A stretch of DNA of 63,891 bases, counting the filler. It is 16 parts of 16 records of this genome, joined end to end, with 100 filler letters (N's around TTAATTAATTAA, not from the genome) between each part and the next. Parts side by side here need not be neighbours in the genome. Positions count along the whole stretch, not along the records: positions 13,900 to 20,571 come from SRR7504441_16023; positions 20,672 to 23,930 come from SRR7504441_16033; 14 more parts are not named here. The stretch is one strand, 5' to 3'. The notes under the pieces are model-generated. The model saw only the letters and a program-made list of their open reading frames with translations. It made no database searches and was not told the DNA's origin. Numbering within the stretch: position 1 is the first letter of the stretch; every line of letters begins with the position of its first letter. Shown here piece after piece: positions 13,900 through 24,030 of this stretch. The translations under genes were made by a program, and so were the position numbers.

Positions 13900-14543
13900 C
13901 CAAGCCACCAATTAACGCGCGAGTCCCGGTTGCTGTCCAGACTGGACCACAGTGCGTTAAAGTCCTTTGACGAGCCTTCCCACACCCCGAGCCGGGTCAG
14001 CCCCTCCTTCATCTCCTTCTTGCTCAGCCAGCCGTTGCTGTCCTTGTCCATTTCCCGGAAAGTGGCCTGAACGTTCTGCTCCATTGCGCAGATCCGCTCG
14101 AGCAGCTCATCCGCCACCGCATACGCACTCCCTCGGCTGGCCGCCGCCCGCCGGTGGGTCCTTACCTGATCAAACTCCAGGATGAACTCGTTGTACTGGA
14201 GCAGGCCGTCGTGCGAGCTGTCGGCCGCGTCGAAGATCACTTTGGCGTGCCTCTTGCTCACGCCGATGTGGTCCAGCCCCGCCTCAAACTCCTTAAGATC
14301 CAGGTTGCCGCTGTTGTCCACCTGCCCGGGACGTCACCGCGCCCAAACCCGGCCGGGCACGTCCAGACGGACGAAGAAGTCGCGCAGGCTGCACCGCTGC
14401 TTGAAAATCTGGTGCTTCACAGCTTTAAGCGAGTCCTGGTACCGGAGCTCGCTGTTCACGCGGGCCAGGTCCGCCCCGAGCTTGCCATTGCACTGGGACA
14501 GCTTGGCCCGCTCCTGGAGCGACGATGATGAAGGCAGAACCAT
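13900..14543 (-). CDS. Multi EF-hand calcium-binding protein, 3' truncated
   Basis: Loops DNSGNLDLKEF, DSSHDGLLQYNEF, DKDSNGWLSKKE and DSNRDSRVN. Short introns near 14322-14360 and 14128-14166. Confidence 0.85.
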
Positions 14544-14892
14544 GATTATTGGCTGTTTCGTGTTGAAACATTTGCACAAACGGCTTTGTACACCGTCGAC
14601 TGCACTGGCACAATCGAGCACGGCACAGGGACTGGCTGGACGGATGGCTCTACTTCGGGAGAGGGGCTGAGGCGTGTATCGTATCGTTAAGCCGGTTCGG
14701 AGACACTGTTGGTCGATCACCGGCTAATGATTACCCGGCGACTGGTCGCTCCGCCGAGGGCTAACAGAGCTTCGAGAGCTTGTAAAACTTTGTAGCAGCT
14801 TTGTAGCCGTTGGAATTATACGTAATTATGGTACACACTGCAAGGCCCGGTCCCGATGCCTACAACAGCGAGCTCGAAGTCTCATAGAACTC

Positions 14893-15561
14893 TCACATGA
14901 GCGCACAGATGCAGCACGCCTCTTGATCGCTCGTCAATGTTTGCGCTCGCACCCGCGGCCCTTTGGTCCGCTCGTCAGCCAGGGGCTTGATCCCCGTCGC
15001 AAACGGGTCAGCCTTCGCGGTCACATCCTGCTCTGCCGCCACCGAAACCGCCTGGCCACCACTTGCCGGCCCGCCACAGCCCGGATTCACCTTAGCGGCC
15101 AGCATGCCGCCCAACGAACACATGCGGGCCGCATAGCAGACTTGTCGGCGCAGCGCCTCCGGAGGCACCAGCCAGCCCAGCCGGGCCCAGGCCTCCCCCG
15201 GCCCCCACCGATTGTACGCCCGCCGGACTGGCCGGCTCCGCCCCGCTTGGCTGCGCTCAGGCTTGGCGGCGCTCTTGCCCGGTGTGCGGCCGGCGCTCGA
15301 GTGCGACCGGTTGGTTCTCTCCTGGAGGGCCTGGGGCGTCCGGCTGCGCTTGGGAACCAGATACCGCCCGCCCTCCCGACGGATGCGAAGCTTGGTGCCC
15401 GAGACCGCGCTCGCCGAGGTGCCGAAGGAGCCCGGAGTCGCCGGCGACGGAGTAATCCCGGCCAGCCAGGCGGCGTTGAGGTGACCCTGCCGGCTGGGCA
15501 GCGGCTGAGCCCGCAGCGGCTGGGCCGGCAGCGCGTGAAACGAGCTAGACGACGTCTCCAT
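14893..15561 (-). CDS. Hypothetical protein ending in a CaaX-like motif (CCICALM*)
   Basis: Open frame from ATG 15561, head-to-head with the 15634 gene. Likely in-frame short introns. No recognisable domain. Confidence 0.4.
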   Translation of the reverse strand: METSSSSFHALPAQPLRAQPLPSRQGHLNAAWLAGITPSPATPGSFGTSASAVSGTKLRIRREGGRYLVPKRSRTPQALQERTNRSHSSAGRTPGKSAAKPERSQAGRSRPVRRAYNRWGPGEAWARLGWLVPPEALRRQVCYAARMCSLGGMLAAKVNPGCGGPASGGQAVSVAAEQDVTAKADPFATGIKPLADERTKGPRVRAQTLTSDQEACCICALM

Positions 15562-15633
15562 GCTCCGACTCCGCCCTCCGCGAAATCAAAAACATCAGAA
15601 TCGTGAATCCTAACCGCCAGGGCCCGCCGTAGT

Positions 15634-17088
15634 ATGGCTAGGCGTTTGTCTTCAGGGGCCGGGTGCAGCCCGAGGAGGGGACTGCTCACGCTGTGGCTCT
15701 GCGCCGCGGCCACCGGATTGACCTCCGAGCACAACGCACCGCCCTGCCGCCCTGAAGCTGTCACTGGCGGCGCCGTGCACAGGTTGAAACTCGGGTGGAA
15801 CGTGGGTTACCTTCCGGACTCGGCCTACTACCGCAAAGCCTTCCGGCGGCTCGGACTCGACGGCCACGTCACGCACACGCGGCTGATGGGCCCGTTCCTG
15901 CACCCGCCGGGCCACGCTGCGGAGCGCCGCGAGGAGTTTGCCGCTGGGCTGGTCCACAACATAAGCGCGGCTGTTGGGGAGCAGTCCACGATCACGGTCA
16001 CGCTCTCCGACTTCCCGTTTGATGTAGCGCCCGATTTGCTCGAAGCTCCGTCTAAGTACCTGTCGCACTGGGTGGGGCAGCCCTCCAACGCCTCCCTGGT
16101 CGACGCCCTGCGCTACACCAATCGGGCCCCGCCTTTCCGCGGCGCTTGGGCTGGAGGCGCCACGCTGGCAGACTACCTCAACGTGCTAAAAGGACTGCGC
16201 AGGCTGCTACCTCCGACCGTCGATTATGAGATTGCGAACGAGCCGAACTCGTTGGGCTACTTTTGGGGCGACGCGGCGGACTTTGAACCGATTGCCGCGG
16301 GGACAATCAGGGCGCTTGGGGACCAATCACTGCCCTTCCCCCCGCCCCGCGTGACATGCTGCGCGTTTGCTACTGAGATGGGCTGCCAGAGCATACCCGC
16401 AGGCTCAGACAATGGCTTCATCAGCTTGGCGCACCGCGTGACTGCCGATCAGCGGCAGGCAGCGCACGGGATGTTCCCGACTGCACTGTCGTGGCACTTC
16501 TACCGCCGAGTAAGCAACGACTCGGATCCACAGCGCTCGACCTACGCCAACGCCACAGCTTTCTACGGCCGTGCGGCGCTGAATGGCTCGGTGCTGTCGG
16601 AGTGGGGACTCTCTACGTTCAACTCGGCCGAAAGCTCGGCCCGGATAAATTCGCCTGAGCTGATGCTGGAGCTAGTGCGAATGCTGGTGTTTGCTGCAGA
16701 TGTTGGGCTGGCGGAGTTCAACGCTCACTGCTTGATGGACAATCCCCACAAAGGCGGCCACGATTGCTTTTTTGATCGATTTGGGGAGCCGCGTGCTGCG
16801 TATCATCACTATGCGCTCATGGCTAGGACGATTGCGGGTGGCTACACAGTGGCAGGCGGGGGATCTGCCCTCACGAACATCAGCGGGGTGAGTAGCGGGC
16901 TCGAGATCATCGCTGCGGCTGGGGACAGTGATGGGCGTTACGCTGCCGACGCATCATTCGTTATGGCAGCTGGCCGAGGGGTGGTGGCCGCATCGAGCGG
17001 CGGTGGGTTCGCAGATGCCGGGCACGTACTAAAGGCCGGCGAGTGGGTCGTCACACAGGCTGAGCCGTACTTGCCGGAGGGCGGTTAG
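15634..17088 (+). CDS. Clan GH-A glycoside hydrolase (GH39-like), secreted
   Basis: Signal-like N-terminus, acid/base motif YEIANEPN, LSWHFY, and nucleophile-like VLSEWG. Intronless. Confidence 0.7.
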   Translation: MARRLSSGAGCSPRRGLLTLWLCAAATGLTSEHNAPPCRPEAVTGGAVHRLKLGWNVGYLPDSAYYRKAFRRLGLDGHVTHTRLMGPFLHPPGHAAERREEFAAGLVHNISAAVGEQSTITVTLSDFPFDVAPDLLEAPSKYLSHWVGQPSNASLVDALRYTNRAPPFRGAWAGGATLADYLNVLKGLRRLLPPTVDYEIANEPNSLGYFWGDAADFEPIAAGTIRALGDQSLPFPPPRVTCCAFATEMGCQSIPAGSDNGFISLAHRVTADQRQAAHGMFPTALSWHFYRRVSNDSDPQRSTYANATAFYGRAALNGSVLSEWGLSTFNSAESSARINSPELMLELVRMLVFAADVGLAEFNAHCLMDNPHKGGHDCFFDRFGEPRAAYHHYALMARTIAGGYTVAGGGSALTNISGVSSGLEIIAAAGDSDGRYAADASFVMAAGRGVVAASSGGGFADAGHVLKAGEWVVTQAEPYLPEGG

Positions 17089-17477
17089 GGTGTATATACC
17101 CGTATACATGACTGTACACGCCTATACTCGTACACGGTCAATAACGATCATACAATTATTAATTCCACCTACCTCTCTTGACCAATGCTCACGGCACCAC
17201 TCACTACTGTAAACCACTCACGGAACCACCGCCCGGCGCACGTGCGCGCCCTCCGCCCTAAGCGCGTTGGCTATGCTCAGCGTTGGCTAACTCTCTACTC
17301 CTGACCAGCCGCAGGTCTCGTAAGAGACACTATGGTAAGCTCGAGAAGAATGCCCAATCACCACGCAAAGCTAGAGCTGATAGCGGGGAAGATCGATGAC
17401 CCCATATCAAGGACTATTAACCAAATCGCATATAAAATCGCATACATGTCCGAGTCGCTTATCCAGTTGTGGCCAAA

Positions 17478-17732
17478 TCAACGAATCAAAGATCTTTCAG
17501 ATTCTACCGCTTCACCGAGAAGCTGCTTTGCGACCTCCTTCTTCCCGCCTGCGAGATTCTTAATAGTGTCTGGCAGTGATAGGAGTCCACTGCAACCCTT
17601 CAGAGCCAGTGTGCTCAGCGCTGTGAGCTCCCCAATTCGATCAGAGAGAGCTGCGAGGGCATGACAGTCAGTTAGATTGAGCGAGACAAGGCCCCTGAGA
17701 TCTCCAATCCTGTCAGGGAGACAAGTCAGCAC
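17478..17732 (-). pseudogene. Short leucine-rich-repeat fragment (24-aa LxxLPxxIGxLxxLxxLxL type)
   Basis: LTCLPDRIGDLRGLVSLNLTDCHALAALSDRIGELTALSTLALKGCSGLLSLPDTIKNL. Only about 2.5 repeats and no clear ATG. Confidence 0.55.
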
Positions 17733-17987
17733 ACCTTCAGCGCTTGCGAGGAAATCACAATTGGAACGAACATGTCGGAACTTCCCTCTGGGCTCTATCT
17801 GGGCTCAGTAACCTGCGGGTGCTTAGAGCATTGACAATGGTCGGGCACACTCAAGCAGTACTTCCACACCTCTCTGCCCTTGGACAGGTTGTCCAGTTGA
17901 AATCAAGCGTAGACGGGCGCTAAACTGTTTGCAGGGATCTCAAGCAGTGTGCGCTGGAGCGAGACTCGAAATAAGCTTCCGATATAG

Positions 17988-18350
17988 ATGTGGATTGAAG
18001 CATTCCGACAGGTTGCTGCTGCTGCTGCTGCTGCTGCTGATTTTGACCAAAATGGCGCATTGACAGGTGATGAGTGTATTGCAATGGCTCAGTTCCAACT
18101 GGGCTGCAGCGATGGGGAAGTGCTCGGGAGGTGGATTGCAGATATGGACGTGAACAGCGATGGCCGCATTGAATGGCATGAGTACATGGACAAACTATTA
18201 GGTCCCGGCTGGGTTGTTGGCGATGAGACAGCTGATGGTCCCAGCAACCTGATCGAGGGTGCTGGCAACCTGATCGGCAACCTGATCGAGGACGCAGGAA
18301 ACCTGATTGACGGTGCTTGCAGTTTGTTGTGGTCCGAAGAACAAGCTTAG
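17988..18350 (+). CDS. Small two-EF-hand protein with poly-Ala tract and C-terminal GNLI repeats
   Basis: DFDQNGALTGDE and DVNSDGRIEWHE loops. NLIEGAGNLIGNLIEDAGNLIDGA repeat. Confidence 0.7.
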   Translation: MWIEAFRQVAAAAAAAADFDQNGALTGDECIAMAQFQLGCSDGEVLGRWIADMDVNSDGRIEWHEYMDKLLGPGWVVGDETADGPSNLIEGAGNLIGNLIEDAGNLIDGACSLLWSEEQA

Positions 18351-18596
18351 AACAAACACATGTGCGCGTATGAATCAATTCCATCCAGTGGTGATTTGCT
18401 CGATCATGAGCCAGTCTATGCTGGCAGAGCTTTGCCAGTGGCTGATTGCATTGGGCACCGAATAAAATGAGAACCGCAAACGCAGCTCAAAGCAATGTGG
18501 GGCCGCTCCTGTGATATGTGATATATATATAATTATGTATCTCTATAGAAGACGCTTGAGCAGCCGTTGTAAAGCTGTTGTAATGCAAAATTGATG

Positions 18597-20030
18597 CTAT
18601 AAAGAGCCAGCCGGCTTTCGGCCTACATGGATGTGTTGATTAACTTGTTCCGGTTCGACTCGCGCGATTCCGTTGGCGTCTAAGTATTCGGCCAGCCGCT
18701 GCCAGTGCGGCTCTTCCCGGTGCAAGATCCCTGCCACAAGCTTAGGTCAGCAAGCCCGGGCTCAGGCACCGAGAGGGTCCCTCCAAGCCTTCAGAGAGGC
18801 GAAACTAGCCTGTACTTGCGCGGTATGTCTCAGGGTCCTCGCGTCGGCCGCCGAGCACAGGCGGTCCTTCATCGCCCACAGCCGCTGACCCACTAGGCTG
18901 GCCCGGCCCGCACCAGCCCGCACCCTCGCCACAGGCTTAGGCAACTCCATCGCATGCAGGCTCATGTACATCCTAGGCAGCTGCCAACCGATCGCGCAGG
19001 CCAGCCGGGCCCGCGGCACCGTGCGGTATTTGGTCACGATTTTGGCCACCCTTGACTTGGACAAGCCGGCCGCTGCCCTTCGGTCAGAGTATCCCAACTG
19101 ATGGCTTTCTCACTGGGCGGCGGGCTCCCTCCGGTCCGGTGCCCTGTGAGAGTGAGCAGCGCGGGGAGCAGCCTGGGCTCGACCCCGTACTCCGCGAGCA
19201 CCTGCCGCCGGGATGGGGCGCCAACGGATCACCGGACACCTGGTCTCTGTGGACTAGCCTCTGGGACCACGGGTCAAACACCGCGATGGGCCCGGACCCG
19301 CTCCTGTTGTCGGAGTTCCGAATCAGCTGGAGCATATCCTGCAGGCCGGATCGGCCGGATCGGTGCCCAAGCCGGACCTTATCCGGAGAGATGACGGTCA
19401 CCCGGCAGCCGTTGAGGCTGGCCATGCCTGTACGGGCTCAGGGAGGCCTCGAGGCTGAGCCACTAGCGTACGAAGCGATCATGTCGCCAGCGTCAGTCTT
19501 GGGCATCCTCAGGCACGCCAGCTGCACCCCCAGGATCCATCCCCGCCCGTCAGCCCCAGGACGGCACCCCTGACCGCTGGAGGGCCTCCGCTACCATGTC
19601 CAGCTGCCCCCCAGTCAGCCCCGCGCCTGCCGCCTGCCCGCACCTGCCGGTACAGCTCTCGCTGCTCAATCATGCGGGCCTGTCCGTTGCTCAGCCTCGG
19701 CCCTGGCTAACGCGCACCGCCGGCTTGTGCGATGGAAGGATCGCTCGACTCCCACCGCCGCCGGGCGGATCCATAAAGCATCCGAGCAGCCTGCCAGCCG
19801 GTCGGCCTGGGCTGAGCAGCGGCTCACTCGGCCGATTGCCGCGCGGGGTGCGCCACGATCCGAAGCAGCTTGCGCACCGCCGGCCCAACCGCCTTGACCG
19901 ACCGACCGTCGGCTGTCGGGCGGTCAGCAGCCGGCCGGGGCCGGTGCACATACCTCCGAGCCGGTCGGGCGCGGTGCTGTGAAAGGCAGCGTGCACCAGC
20001 GGCGGCACATCCAGCAGCAGCTGTCCCCCG
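18597..20030 (-). CDS. Pol I-type 5'-3' exonuclease (PIN/FEN-like) homologue, about 12 short introns, degenerate active site; 5' end unresolved (may reach 20571)
   Basis: Spliced peptide LLLDVPPLVHAAFH...LACLRMPKTDAGDMIASYA...VTVISPDK|DMLQLI (intron 19339-19377)...VLAEYGVEPRLLPALLTLTG...GLSKSRVAKIVTKY...PHWQRLAEYLDANGI follows the motif order of the DNA Pol I 5' nuclease domain. Confidence 0.75.
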
Positions 20031-20671
20031 GCCTCCCACGCGCCCGCGCCCGCCCTGCCCACCGCGTGCCGCCGCGTCATGGGTCGTCTGCCAGCGTCGT
20101 GCTACCGTCCGGTCGTGCCAGTCCAACTGGACTCTCATCATCACTGCGCCACCGGCACTGGGCCAGCCGCAGCTCGGGGCGCGGTAGGCCATGCCGGTGC
20201 GCCGACCAGTGGCACACTCGCCGGAGAGCCGGCTGCCGCTCCGGCCCCGCCGGCGAAGGTCGGCCTTCCCGGGGCCGTCGGTCTTGCCGGCCCCGCCATC
20301 GCTGCGGGCCGCGCCGCAGTCCCGGCCGGTTGTCCGGGGAGACGAGCACCGGGCCGGGCTGGGCCGGGCGCTGAATCTGTGCTGGTCCGAGTGGGCCGAG
20401 GGGCTGGAGGCCCGGTTGTCGATCGAGCCGGGGCGCGGTCCCCCGGGGCTCGAAACCCGGGAGCCGGGAGGGAACTTCCGAAGAAGCCTCGAAACGCTGG
20501 CGGCAATGCGTTTCGAGGAGGCGGCAAAGAGGGTAAAGGCAGAGGCCAGGAGTGCAGGACAGGCGGCAGTGNNNNNNNNNNNNNNNNNNNNNNNNNNNNN
20601 NNNNNNNNNNNNNNNTTAATTAATTAANNNNNNNNNNNNNNNNNNNNNNNNNNNNNNNNNNNNNNNNNNNN

Positions 20672-22817
20672 ACCGCGTTGCAGTGGGCTGTCAGCGCGCC
20701 CAGGGCCTGCGGAAGGCAAGGCCCGGTGCCTGCCGCACACGCCGTCGGCCTCTGGCTGGCTCTGTCGGCAATCACCTGCTCGCGACAGCTCGGCTCTGGC
20801 ATCGGCCAGATGTTCATTGTGCATCATCTGCAACAGAGCTCCCTCACAGGGCCGGTGGGTTCACCTCGGTGTATCTGGGCGGCAGCCCATCCATGTATAC
20901 TTGAATGGCCTTACTGTTCATGCTCTTGCACCGTGCCTGCAGCCCGGCGGTTTGATTCAAGGGCTGCGGCTGAGCGACCTGTGAGACGGCGGCATCTGGA
21001 GGATTAAACTCGGCAAGCACTGCAGCCACCTCCGCTGTGCTCACTGTCTGCTCGTTCTGCGACTTGGTGGTCTTCCGAGAATAGGACTCCCACTCGCAGA
21101 TCAGCCGATCGATCTCGTATGCTGCAGCCTCGTCCTCGCCTTCCCCGAGCCACCCATAGTTCTCGGCCGCTGCCGCCTTGGCCCTGGCCTTCTCGATGAA
21201 GCTATTGACCTTTTTGTCTATTTTGAGCTGCCAGCACCACTGAGCCCGGCCCTGCCCGGACGGCACACCAATAGCTGACCGCCAGGCACCCATCTGCCGT
21301 GGAACAGCCGCATGCACCGGAGCACCCCCGGCGCGTCACTGTAGTGCGCGAATCCAAACGGTTTCTTCTTGCCAGTGCCTGGCTCAATCACTCGCTTCCA
21401 CTGGACCAGGTTCCCACATTGCTGCCCCGACCAGTCAGCCCACACTGCCGCCACAGGCAAGCTGCCTCGAACATCTCCTGCAGCAGGTCATCCGGCAGCC
21501 CGGGAGGGATCTTGCCAACATACACCGTACCTCCACTTGTATTCACATCCTTCTGCATCTTCTCCTTTTGCGCCATCGACTCCGGCGCCTCCCAGTACAC
21601 TATGGTGAGCCGCGCCAGCCCTGTCATCAGCTGCCGGTGCGACGGCAGCCCGTGCTTGGGGCCCTTCTTGGCCCAGTTCTCCAGCGCCACGTAGCCCGTC
21701 TGCTCGATCTCAGCACACACACTTTCGAACATCTGCCGCAGCTGCATCTCCGCCTGCCATCCGTCAGACTGAGCCAGCCCACTGATCTAGCTACCGCCGG
21801 CGGCTCGGGGGAGCGCAGAATGGCCGCCAGTCCGTAGAGCGGGTCGGCTGCGGATCGGCCCACCTGCAGGCAGTTACCATGACTGCTCTAGAGGCCAGCA
21901 ACCCCTATGCAGAGCATGCTCGTGTCGTAGCAGAAGAGCGCCTGCCCGGGCCCGATCTGCCTGCCCTTTGGCCCGCGCTTGTGCAGCCGGTCTTTTGGCA
22001 CGCCGCCCAGAAACGCTTGGTTGTACACTGTCAGCAGCTCCCGTCCCACGGTAGCCACCGCTGGGCAGTCCGGCTCGCACCCGAGCGCCACTACCATCTG
22101 CGGAATGCACCGGCCCGGCTTGAGGCAGATCACGTGCGGCGCCTTGGGCCCCTCGACCAGCGCCTCGAGCGCCGCGCTGTGCCGTGAGCTGCGCACTTGG
22201 AGCGCCACTTGGAGCGCTCGCATCATCCCGCTGCTGAGCCGGGAGCCGGGCCCTCCCGAGTACAGCACAAAGTGGCTCACGCTGAACACAAACGCCAGGT
22301 TCCTATATTCCTCGAGCTCCTGCCGCCCGCCGCTCACCCCGGCCGCCCGCGCCCGCACCCGCGCGGTGAGCCAGCCCCACCGCCGCTCGTCCGGGGAGCC
22401 GGACGCGACCTCGGCGGCCCAGCCGGCCGCCATCACGTTAAAGTCGCCGGGCGAGCTGACGCACAGGTACAGCCTGCAGGTCTCGCTGTCGTAGTAGCCC
22501 TGGACGCCGCACTCGTCCGGTTCCGGGTTGGGCAGGCAGCCGCTGAGCTTGCGCAGCAGCTCGGCCTTGCCGGTGGCTGTCGGCCCGACCAGCCCGATCA
22601 CCGTCACCTGCACCTGCCCGCCGGCCGTAAGGCTGGACCGGCGCGGCGCGGCCGCCTGCTCGTCCAGGCCCTCGGCCTGCCCGGTGCTGGTCTGCTCGCT
22701 CCAATCGGCGTCGGCCAGCCGCGTGAACCCGAACACAAAGTCGAGGTAAGGCTTCTTGAGCTTGAACTCCGGCGCCTGGTCAAAATGGAACCCGGTCACC
22801 CGCAGCGGCCCCTGCAT
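20672..22817 (-). CDS. SMG8: SMG8-like NMD factor with an internal RBM25/Snu71-type RRM, 3' truncated
   Basis: SMG8-like motifs VIGLVG, QGYYDSETCRLYL, LAFVFSVSHFVL, RCIPQMV, and after the RRM, RCKSMNSKAIQVYMDGLPPRYTEMMHNEHLADA...GPCLPQALGALTAHC. Introns 21864-21902, 21754-21794, 21422-21465 (GC-AG) and 21228-21268 keep a single frame. Confidence 0.75.
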
Positions 22818-23349
22818 GAAGAGGCCCGGCTCTGCCGCTGTCAGCTGTTGTTGTTGTCGTGTGATGAGAGGGTTGTGCGCTGCATGTCAGGTGTGTCGAG
22901 TTTGATGGGATAATCACTGTGAAGCGATAGGCACGTGATGACAGGTTATTCACGATCTCTCGCATTGCCCCCTCGTGTTGAGTCAGTCATTGCCAACGTC
23001 ATTGCATCTGCATCCACTACTATCTTCACCTTTGCTAGGAAGGTTGCAGCCTCTCAAACCACAATTCTGGATACGGGCTGGCTCGGCATTGCCAGAAAGT
23101 CCGCCAGAAAGGTATGGAACACTCGATGATCGCAGGTGGATGACGTCGTTGGCTTTAACCTCGCCTGCCGGTTGTAAAATCACCTGTTGGATCTTAGGCA
23201 GCTCTTTCATCATGATCTTTGCACCATCGAATGGCAATTCGGCATCCTGACAGGCGCGCAAAAAGGCTAGGCAGGCGAGTCTGAAGTCCTCGCGAGCGCA
23301 GGCGAAGTCAGACGCGCAGCCACTTGAGGGCGGAGACCAGACTGCGTCT

Positions 23350-23930
23350 TTGAAAGCCCACAAAGCCGATAAAAAGAAGCTGAAAATGGTCCAGGGAGTC
23401 AGCAATGCACAGCAAGCTGTGAAGAGAGCTCTTGGGGTGATGAGCAAGGCTCGTGGACAGATCACGAAGACACGGTCTCAATTAAAGCGATACGAGGTCG
23501 TGCGGAAGCAGTACAAGTCTCACCTGAAGCATTTAAAGGAAATGTGCGTTGGGCATCACCCAGCTGGCCACGCCTCCAACTCGTCCTCCCTACCTCCAAA
23601 AACTATAAGCATCTCCGAGCTTCTGAATCAAACCCAAAGCTTTGCCAATGCCTCGCAAGCTGCTGCAAAGGCAATGCGTAAAGAGGTGGCTATGAAGCAA
23701 ATTGCAAGGAAGCCTACCAGTGTAGTAGATGCCGTTCAGAAGCACCTAGATGCCCAAAAGGAGCTGGAAAAGCCTAATGCCACGAAAAAGACCACTGTGG
23801 ATGCCAAGAAGGCGCTAGCTAAAGCTAAGATATGCAAGGTAGCCTCCGATGGTTTGAAAGAGATATGCAACCATTATGGAAACGAGAGTGGCCAATGCAC
23901 CCAAGGCAGGAAAGCTTATGTCAAACAATG
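23350..23930 (+). CDS. Hypothetical Lys/Ala-rich coiled-coil protein with Cys-containing C-terminal part (partial)
   Basis: Long open frame running into the contig end. Upstream exons probable. No family recognised. Confidence 0.45.
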
Positions 23931-24030
23931 NNNNNNNNNNNNNNNNNNNNNNNNNNNNNNNNNNNNNNNNNNNNTTAATTAATTAANNNNNNNNNNNNNN
24001 NNNNNNNNNNNNNNNNNNNNNNNNNNNNNN

